Below, piece after piece: positions 51,829 through 57,632 of a stretch of 57,632 bases of DNA (its first letter is position 1; each line of letters begins with the position of its first letter). The DNA is from a virus (lineage: Duplodnaviria; Caudoviricetes). The stretch covers positions 1 to 57,632 of IMG/VR virus record IMGVR_UViG_3300028596_000014; one strand, given 5' to 3'. The translations under genes and the position numbers were made by a program. Under the pieces are notes generated by a model. It had not been told where the DNA came from. It saw only the letters and a program-made list of their open reading frames with translations, and did no database searches.

Positions 51829-52031
51829 CGGAACCTCGCCTGCGGGTGGCTGTGCTCGCTCATCGGCTCCAGGTGGACCTGGAACGTGCCCGCCGCCAGG
51901 TGCAGCACGCGCTTGACCAGCCGGTGCGTGCGGTGCGCGGTAACCAGGCGCGCCTGCGTGGCGCCGTCGGCCCCGCGCACCTCCACCAGGTTCTCGTTGA
52001 TGAACTTGATACGGACCTCGGCGTTGCTCAC
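51825..52031 (-). CDS. Hypothetical protein, 68 aa
   Basis: RBS AGGAGG. Confidence 0.6.
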   Translation of the reverse strand: MSNAEVRIKFINENLVEVRGADGATQARLVTAHRTHRLVKRVLHLAAGTFQVHLEPMSEHSHPQARFR

Positions 52032-52252
52032 CGGTTCCTCCTGTCGTCGTTGGTGCCCCTGCGGCGTCGGTACGCGGCCAGCGACGCCCGCTCGATGTAG
52101 ACCCACCGGCCGCGCTGGAGGGTCCTCACCTCGCCTGAGGCGATGATCATGGTGATGCGCTCGCGGGTCAGCCCGGTCTCGGCCGCCGCTTCCTTGCGCG
52201 ACACCCACTTGCTCGGGTCCGGCTTGTCGGCCCCCTGGTAGGCCCTCACCAT
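52028..52252 (-). CDS. MerR/excisionase-like HTH protein
   Basis: VSRKEAAAETGLTRERI..II.SGEV...GR.VYI.R.SL. Confidence 0.75.
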   Translation of the reverse strand: MVRAYQGADKPDPSKWVSRKEAAAETGLTRERITMIIASGEVRTLQRGRWVYIERASLAAYRRRRGTNDDRRNR

Positions 52253-52407
52253 CCGGTCATCCGGTTCTTCGGGACCCAGGTGCGGATCTTGTTGACGCCG
52301 ACGAGGCGCAGCACCCACGTCCGGCCGCACACCGAGCAGTTGCGCTCGGTCTTGATGCGGTTGATGCCCGGGTGCGGCAGGTGCTCCTTGCAGTCGTGGT
52401 GGGTCAC
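52246..52407 (-). CDS. Small Zn-finger-like protein
   Basis: H.C...CSVCGRTW, manual translation. Confidence 0.5.
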   Translation of the reverse strand: MTHHDCKEHLPHPGINRIKTERNCSVCGRTWVLRLVGVNKIRTWVPKNRMTGW

Positions 52408-52565
52408 GGCAGGCTCCTAACTAGGATGAACAGTGCGAAACAGGCGACGATCAGGTACCCCGACCGAGGTGTGCGCTCTGCCCACCAGGCGATCCGGTGG
52501 CAGATCGAGACGACCACGTACAGCAGGCTCAGCACGAACGCCGCGACCGAGAAGGACTCGATCAT
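52404..52565 (-). CDS. Small two-TM membrane protein
   Basis: Manual translation MIESFSVAAFVLSLLYVVV... Confidence 0.5.
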   Translation of the reverse strand: MIESFSVAAFVLSLLYVVVSICHRIAWWAERTPRSGYLIVACFALFILVRSLP

Positions 52566-53125
52566 GCCCGCTCCTGCGGGTCGGTGAGGTGCTGGTGCTC
52601 GACCTTGCAGCCGTAGGGCACCGTCGGGTCGACGCGGGCCTCCGTGCGGGTCGGGTAGACGTCCACGCGCACGCCGTACTCGCCGCCCTGGAGCGCCTCC
52701 TCAGCGGCCCGCTCGACGACGGCATGGTGCTGGTCGGTGCGCTTCTGGAGCAGCGTCAGGTACGGGTTCGGCTCGCCGCTGTCGCCGCGCTCCGCCTCCC
52801 ACGAGGCAGCGAGCGCGGCATCGTCGATCGTGCGGCCCATCTCCCCGATCGCGTACGAGGTGCGGGCCGCGAGCCGGGACTGCTCCGCCGGAGTGCCGAG
52901 CGGGGTGCGCAGGGCCTCGGTCAGCCGCTGCTCGAAGTCGTCCGGCTTGTGCTGCTGCACCGGCGGAACGACGTCGAGGGTGACCCGGCAGCCGGGGTAG
53001 CGGCGCATCAGCCACTTGACCCGCTCCACGGCGGAGTCGAGGTTGCTGTACTCGCTGTCCTTGCTGCGTGAGCCCAGCGGCCCGCTCGTGACCAGGTGGA
53101 TACGGAAGACCGTCACGGCGCTCAC
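52562..53125 (-). CDS. Hypothetical protein, 187 aa
   Basis: GTGA overlap. Confidence 0.65.
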   Translation of the reverse strand: MSAVTVFRIHLVTSGPLGSRSKDSEYSNLDSAVERVKWLMRRYPGCRVTLDVVPPVQQHKPDDFEQRLTEALRTPLGTPAEQSRLAARTSYAIGEMGRTIDDAALAASWEAERGDSGEPNPYLTLLQKRTDQHHAVVERAAEEALQGGEYGVRVDVYPTRTEARVDPTVPYGCKVEHQHLTDPQERA

Positions 53126-53430
53126 TGCTGGTTCCCGAGCAGGTAGGCGCGCAGCCGGTCGCGGAGGCACGGCGAGCACGTGTCGTCGTAGTCGGGCTCG
53201 TCCCCCTGCGCGTGCTCGCGCGGGTTCAGGAGGCGGCTGTGCTCGCACGGCGTGTGCCGCCAGGTGCTCAGGCGCGGCCCCATGTCCACGTCATTGATGC
53301 GGTCGATGACCTGCTCCATCGTGCGAGCGCGGTCGGCCATCGCGATGATCTGGTGCTCCTGGCGCTGCGTCAGGTTGCGGGCCAGGGAGAGGGTGGTCAG
53401 CCGCTTGCTGACCGGCTTGCCCTTCGTCAT
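53122..53430 (-). CDS. Hypothetical protein, 102 aa
   Basis: RBS GAGAGG. Confidence 0.65.
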   Translation of the reverse strand: MTKGKPVSKRLTTLSLARNLTQRQEHQIIAMADRARTMEQVIDRINDVDMGPRLSTWRHTPCEHSRLLNPREHAQGDEPDYDDTCSPCLRDRLRAYLLGNQQ

Positions 53431-53497
53431 GGTGGTGCCTCTCTCGTGAGATGCGGAGGCGCCCCGCCCGGGTGGACGGGGCGCCGGTGCTACAGGG

Positions 53498-54091
53498 TCA
53501 CTCCCAGGAGCGCTTGCGACGAGCCGGGACCGTGACCTTGACGCAGTCGCTCGTGGTGCCGTCCCACTCGACGGCGAACCCCTGCGCCTTGAAGGCGTCG
53601 ACCACGGCCTGCGCCCCGCCGTTGGCGTGGTTGAAATAGACCGACTTGCTGGTCTCGCTGTAGCCGTACTCCTTCGGAGCGACGGCGAGCCCGTCCTCGT
53701 GCCACTTGATGCCCAGGTTCTGCGCGTAGATGAACCAGGCGGCCGGGGTGGACTCCTTGTCGAACTTCTTCACGCCCTTGAACGGCTCGGAGCAGCCGTT
53801 GCAGCAGCCCGAGATGTTCTGCTGCACCATCGTGCCCGCCGAGCGGACCGCCTTGATGGCTGCGTTCCAGCGCTGGCGCGGCGTCGGCGGCTTCGGGTCC
53901 TCCTCGACCTTGAGCAGGTCGACCGTGCCGATGCGAGCCAGCAGGTCGGCCTCCTGGCCGGAGACGCCGAGCACGACGCCCGCCGCCGTGCGGACGGCGA
54001 ACTGCGGACGCAGGAACTCGGCGTTCTGGCTGCGCTCGGTGACCTCGCTGCGGAGAACGGTGCCCGTGGCGGCGTCGGTGGTGATGTTCAT
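53498..54091 (-). CDS. Hypothetical protein, 197 aa
   Basis: RBS GGAGG. First gene after motif copy 9. Confidence 0.75.
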   Translation of the reverse strand: MNITTDAATGTVLRSEVTERSQNAEFLRPQFAVRTAAGVVLGVSGQEADLLARIGTVDLLKVEEDPKPPTPRQRWNAAIKAVRSAGTMVQQNISGCCNGCSEPFKGVKKFDKESTPAAWFIYAQNLGIKWHEDGLAVAPKEYGYSETSKSVYFNHANGGAQAVVDAFKAQGFAVEWDGTTSDCVKVTVPARRKRSWE

Positions 54092-54121
54092 GGTGAAACC
54101 CTCCGGTGTGTGGTGCTTCGT

Positions 54122-54139
54122 TGTGCTGACATACGTAAC
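54122..54139 (-). promoter_or_regulatory. 18-bp motif copy 9 (-10 TAGTGT, upstream stem-loop ~54151-54191)
   Basis: Exact motif. Confidence 0.9.
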
Positions 54140-54195
54140 ACTACACGCCAGTAAGCCACCCCGCTACCTAATTAGGTAACGGGGTGGTTACGGTC

Positions 54196-54708
54196 TCAGA
54201 CGAGCAGGGTGCCGTTCGGCAGCGGCTCGGGGTAGCCCTGCACCTTGGTCTTCTCGGCCGCCACCAGGGCCTCGCCCCAGGTGCGGGCCGTGTCCTGGTA
54301 GACCTGCGCCGCCGAGAACACGTCCACGGCCTCGGTCGTCAGGTCGAAGCCGGACAGTTCCCGCAGGCGCCGCAGGAACCAGGGCGAGCCGACGTTCGTC
54401 TCCCCGTGCTCCTCCTCGCACGCCTCGTCCGGGTCGCAGACGTGCGTGACCGCGAGGTCGTCTGACTCCCGCTCGATCTGCGCGAGCACGTCCAACGACA
54501 CGCCTTCCAGTGCCAGGGCCACCCCGACGAGGCAGTCGGCGCAGCCGTTGCGCACGTAGACGCACGACTTGGCACCGAGGGCCACGTTCGGCGGGAACCG
54601 CTCCTCGTCGGTCTTGTAGTTGTACTCGGGGCTGCGCGTCGCGACGGCGTCCTTGAGCATCCGGACGGCGCGCGACGCGTTGATGACGGTGGGGGTGGGG
54701 TTGCTCAT
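54196..54708 (-). CDS. Hypothetical protein, 170 aa
   Basis: CVY...CLVG and AQ..QD..TWGEA motifs. Confidence 0.7.
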   Translation of the reverse strand: MSNPTPTVINASRAVRMLKDAVATRSPEYNYKTDEERFPPNVALGAKSCVYVRNGCADCLVGVALALEGVSLDVLAQIERESDDLAVTHVCDPDEACEEEHGETNVGSPWFLRRLRELSGFDLTTEAVDVFSAAQVYQDTARTWGEALVAAEKTKVQGYPEPLPNGTLLV

Positions 54709-54884
54709 GCCAGGCCTCCGGGGCAGGTGTAGATGGCGGTGATGGCCCCGGCCGCGAAGCCGACGAGGCCGGACAGGGTGACCCAGCCGTTCCGCTCGAT
54801 CTTGGCGAGGTGACGGCGGTACAGCCGACGGCGCCGGTCGATGTCAGAGCGCAGCGGCGGGACCTTGGTCGGCGGCCAGGTCAC
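54705..54884 (-). CDS. Small membrane protein
   Basis: C-terminal hydrophobic helix. Confidence 0.55.
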   Translation of the reverse strand: MTWPPTKVPPLRSDIDRRRRLYRRHLAKIERNGWVTLSGLVGFAAGAITAIYTCPGGLA

Positions 54885-55063
54885 GCCTTGCCCTCGCTGC
54901 GCCGCAGCAGGGCCTCGACCTCGGACGCCTTGTACCGGCGGTGTCCGCCGAGGGTCCGGATGCTGGACAACTTCCCGCTCCGCGCCCAGCGGGTGACGGT
55001 CTTCGGGTCGACCTTGAACTTGGCCGCAACCTCGGCCGGGGTGAGCAGGTGCTCGTCGCTCAT
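54881..55063 (-). CDS. bldC: BldC-like MerR-family transcription factor
   Basis: LLTPAEVA..F.VDPKTVTRWA..GKL.SIRTLGGHRRY is the actinobacterial BldC signature. Confidence 0.88.
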   Translation of the reverse strand: MSDEHLLTPAEVAAKFKVDPKTVTRWARSGKLSSIRTLGGHRRYKASEVEALLRRSEGKA

Positions 55064-55123
55064 GGGTGGTGCCTTTCGTGAGGGTTGTGCCCGGCCGCCG
55101 GGATGGCGGCCGGGCGGGAACTG

Positions 55124-55279
55124 CTAGTCGTCGCTCTTGATGCAGGTAGCGACCTCGCCACAGTCGTGGCTGACCTGGTCCGAGCCGACGCCGGAGATGC
55201 CGATGAGGACCGCGAGGGCGAGCACGATGAAGAGAGCGCCGCCGCAGCCGATGCCCGCGTTGCCGTCCTTCGCGCTCAT
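55124..55279 (-). CDS. Small membrane protein, 51 aa
   Basis: Manual translation, single TM. Confidence 0.55.
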   Translation of the reverse strand: MSAKDGNAGIGCGGALFIVLALAVLIGISGVGSDQVSHDCGEVATCIKSDD

Positions 55280-55443
55280 GCCTTCCACTCCTCGCCGGTG
55301 ACCGAGTCGCGGTGCCAGGGGCCGGAGTGCTTGCGCTGGTCACAGATGCTGACCGCGAAGTTGCCCTTCGCCTCTCCGGTGCCCTTGAACGCTCCGTGCT
55401 TCTGGGCTCCGCAGATGGACTGCTTGGTGACCGACCTGATCAT
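55276..55443 (-). CDS. Small Cys/His protein, 55 aa
   Basis: RBS AAGGA. First gene after motif copy 10. Confidence 0.65.
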   Translation of the reverse strand: MIRSVTKQSICGAQKHGAFKGTGEAKGNFAVSICDQRKHSGPWHRDSVTGEEWKA

Positions 55444-55467
55444 GTGCTGATCCTTCCGTAGGTGGTT

Positions 55468-55485
55468 TGTGCTGACATACGTAAC
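55468..55485 (-). promoter_or_regulatory. 18-bp motif copy 10 (TG-n-TACGGT extended -10)
   Basis: Exact motif. Confidence 0.9.
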
Positions 55486-55510
55486 CGTAGCACATACCGC
55501 CCGATTCGCA

Positions 55511-55666
55511 CTACTTAGGCTGACCAAGCACCAGCAGGACGATGAACCCGACGAAGATGGAGAAAGCGGCCAGACGCCCGCGTACCGTGCCCGCCTTCCG
55601 GTCGAGGGCCATGCCGAGCGCGAGCACGGCGAGCACCGTGAAGAGGGTCCAGTGCATCCACGTCAT
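55511..55666 (-). CDS. Small two-TM membrane protein
   Basis: Two hydrophobic helices. Confidence 0.6.
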   Translation of the reverse strand: MTWMHWTLFTVLAVLALGMALDRKAGTVRGRLAAFSIFVGFIVLLVLGQPK

Positions 55667-55875
55667 GAGCCAGACCCCTCGGCCGCCAGGATGCGGCGCA
55701 GGTCCGCCTCGACGTCGGCCCACTGTGCGCGCGGCTCCGGCTGGTACTGCGCCCGGGTGCGGTAGTTGTCCGCCAGAGACCGGATCGCCCGCTCCAGGGC
55801 CGGTTCCTGCGGCGTGGCGGTACAGCCCGCCACCGCGTGCGGGCCGCCGCAGCGACCGCATTCCAGGTAGGTCAT
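55663..55875 (-). CDS. Hypothetical protein (CGRCGGPH)
   Basis: RBS AGGAGG. Confidence 0.6.
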   Translation of the reverse strand: MTYLECGRCGGPHAVAGCTATPQEPALERAIRSLADNYRTRAQYQPEPRAQWADVEADLRRILAAEGSGS

Positions 55876-56135
55876 CGAGCCTCCTGCATCTTGGTGGCGG
55901 CGGCCACGACGTGGCTGCACTGCGCGACGCCGAGCGCCGCCTTCCCGTGCCGACAGGTGCAGGTCCGGCTGACGACCTCGCCGTCCGGCCCGAGCACGAT
56001 CTGCACGCGGTACGGGGCGCCCTGGCGGCTGCCCTCGATCCACCAGACCGTCTCGTCCTGCGCGTCCTGCATCACCCGGCCCTCGGCCAGGTAGCGCTTC
56101 GCCTTGGCGATCACGCCGTCTGACAGCGTCACCAT
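55872..56135 (-). CDS. SWIM Zn-finger protein
   Basis: Y.V.....CTC.........CSH. RBS AGGAG. Confidence 0.8.
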   Translation of the reverse strand: MVTLSDGVIAKAKRYLAEGRVMQDAQDETVWWIEGSRQGAPYRVQIVLGPDGEVVSRTCTCRHGKAALGVAQCSHVVAAATKMQEAR

Positions 56136-56377
56136 CGCACTCCTCCTACGTACTCGGCCCCGAACTCGTTGGCCCGGGGCGTGAATCGGTTCTTCGGGTC
56201 ATACCCTGCCGGGATGCCCGCTGCCTGCCGGTCCCGGAGGACCGTCCGCCACGAGACGCTGAGGGCCTCAGCAATCTCGTGGTCGGTACGGCCCTCCCCG
56301 GCGAGCCGTCGGACCGCCTGGCGACGCCTGGCGATGTCCTCGGGGCTGTTGCGCGGGTGGGTCTGCCCGCGTCTCAC
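56129..56377 (-). CDS. HTH DNA-binding protein
   Basis: RR..V..L..EG.T..EIAEAL.VS.RTV.RD. Confidence 0.75.
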   Translation of the reverse strand: MRRGQTHPRNSPEDIARRRQAVRRLAGEGRTDHEIAEALSVSWRTVLRDRQAAGIPAGYDPKNRFTPRANEFGAEYVGGVRW

Positions 56378-56793
56378 CGCTCGGCAGCGGCCTCGGCCGC
56401 GACGTGCTGCGCGATGCAGTCGTCCCCTGCCATGCGGAACATCTCGCGGGCCGACTCGCGCGTGCTGCGCCAGCCCTCTTCCCGCTCGTTGTGCTTGGCG
56501 ATGGGGCTCAGCGCGGCCTCCATCGCGTCGGCGTCGCCGGAGACGACGGACAGCGTGACCTCGCCCGCGAGGGCGGCTGCCTTGTCCGCGTACTGCTCCA
56601 CGCGGCGCTCGGCGGAGATGGCCTCCGTGCCGGACTGGATGGCCTGCACGCAGACCTCGGGCACGGCCTCACTGACCGTGATGACCTCGGGCTCCGCGAG
56701 CGCCGAGACGGTCAGGCCGCCGCCGCAGTAGGCCGCGCCCGCCACGAGGACGAGCAGTGCCGCACGGGCTCGGGCCGGGGTGATGATCTTCAT
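56374..56793 (-). CDS. Secreted or membrane-anchored protein
   Basis: N-terminal hydrophobic segment. RBS AGGAGG after motif copy 11. Confidence 0.7.
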   Translation of the reverse strand: MKIITPARARAALLVLVAGAAYCGGGLTVSALAEPEVITVSEAVPEVCVQAIQSGTEAISAERRVEQYADKAAALAGEVTLSVVSGDADAMEAALSPIAKHNEREEGWRSTRESAREMFRMAGDDCIAQHVAAEAAAER

Positions 56794-56815
56794 GGTGCCT
56801 CCTGGATCGGTGAAT

Positions 56816-56833
56816 AGTGCTGACATACGTAAC
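56816..56833 (-). promoter_or_regulatory. 18-bp motif copy 11 (17/18; upstream stem-loop ~56850-56889)
   Basis: GTTACGTATGTCAGCACT. Confidence 0.85.
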
Positions 56834-56903
56834 ATACACCGATACGAAGAGAGGCGCTAACCGGGGCAATAGCCCTGGTCAGCGCCTCTCTAAACGGGAC
56901 GAA

Positions 56904-57107
56904 CTACTTGGGCCGGTTGGCCGGTGCGCCCCACGTCAGGCCGAACGCCCCGGCGAAGCCGAGCACGGTCGCCAGCGCGATGACCAGCCACTCCTCCTGC
57001 GTGATGCCGGGGGTCTGGGCCGCCGTGATCGTGCTGCCCAGGAACGCCACGATCGTGCCCGCGATGCCGCCCGCGATGGCCTTGGTGCTGGTGGTCTTGC
57101 CCTCCAT
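56904..57107 (-). CDS. Holin (two TM)
   Basis: KAIAGGIAG..., GIT..EW, two TM helices. TGATG-coupled to the endolysin. Confidence 0.8.
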   Translation of the reverse strand: MEGKTTSTKAIAGGIAGTIVAFLGSTITAAQTPGITQEEWLVIALATVLGFAGAFGLTWGAPANRPK

Positions 57108-57632
57108 CAGATCCTCTTCTCGTTGATGCGCCGCTGGAGCGCCATGATCGCCTTGGACTCTCGCGACAGTACCCCGTCGACCGGGGTACCCAGCCAGCGC
57201 TGGAGCGCGCGCACGGTGTCCTCACCGAGCAGCCCGTCCCGCTTGCTGACCGGCATCCCGATGCGCTCCTGGAGCGCCGTGATGACCCGGCTGCCCTCGG
57301 CCCGGTTGTCGGCCACCCACTGCCAGCCGGACGTGAGGCCGGGGTTGCCCGCCTTCCACGAGCGGGCCTGGCTGGAGACGACGCCGTCCGTCGGCGTGCC
57401 CAGCGCGCGCTGGAGGCGGCGCGTGGTGCTGCCGCCCCAGAACCCGTCCACCGCGATGCGCCCGGTCGAGGGCTTCGGCGGGGTGATGGGGTTGTCCACC
57501 TCCTCGGCGCCGTCGTCGGCGCGGTACTCGCCCCGGTTGATGTCGTCGATGAGCGCCTGCGCGAACCGGCCGGGGCACGCCGTCTGCGCGCCCGGGGCGT
57601 CCTGGTGGCCGCCCGCGAGCCGGGCCGACTTC
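57107..57632 (-). CDS. Endolysin, C-terminal part (peptidoglycan-binding repeats)
   Basis: Repeats DGFWGGSTTRRLQRALGTPTDG and DGLLGEDTVRALQRWLGTPVDG are PG_binding-like. In frame with the amidase domain through the terminal overlap. Confidence 0.88.
   Translation of the reverse strand, partial: KSARLAGGHQDAPGAQTACPGRFAQALIDDINRGEYRADDGAEEVDNPITPPKPSTGRIAVDGFWGGSTTRRLQRALGTPTDGVVSSQARSWKAGNPGLTSGWQWVADNRAEGSRVITALQERIGMPVSKRDGLLGEDTVRALQRWLGTPVDGVLSRESKAIMALQRRINEKRI
57507..57632. repeat. 126-bp terminal overlap identical to 12..137
   Basis: Direct comparison of both ends. Confidence 0.95.

Noticed and set aside
57507-57632. 126-bp terminal repeat as a biological direct terminal repeat
   Set aside because: It interrupts a gene and its length is close to a common assembler k-mer (127). 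Treated as circular overlap.

Overview
The window is an apparently complete ~57.5 kb, very GC-rich siphovirus genome of an actinobacterial host. Bases 12-137 repeat 57507-57632, so the circle is 57,495 bp and is cut inside the endolysin gene. No integrase or classical repressor was found, so the phage is probably lytic. Its layout resembles actinophages with separate capsid hexamer and pentamer proteins. A leftward virion region (~51.0 to 20.7 kb) runs TerS, DNA-modification cluster, TerL, portal, MuF, protease, capsid hexamer, pentamer, major tail, adaptor, tail chaperones, tape measure and minor tail genes. A replication/recombination region (3.6-15.7 kb) holds VRR-NUC, two tRNAs, a DUF669/SSB-like gene, an AAA ATPase, a Cas4-like exonuclease, primase-helicase, SNF2 helicase and PolA. 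Many islands of tiny genes fill the rest. Main observations: (1) a SAM methyltransferase-GT2-ParB-TET/JBP dioxygenase-TET-associated glycosyltransferase cluster between TerS and TerL with no C5 DNA methyltransferase; (2) an 18-bp motif GTTACGTATGTCAGCACA fused to the -10 box of 11 sigA-like promoters, each heading a small-gene island; (3) a structured ~150-nt non-coding segment next to the tRNAs whose hairpin apex is antisense to the shared 5' end of those transcripts; (4) five ~50-60-bp palindromes with conserved arms and covarying cores; (5) a conserved SD-sequestering leader in front of the protease, capsid and major tail genes. Family assignments come from motif recognition by eye and no database search was run.
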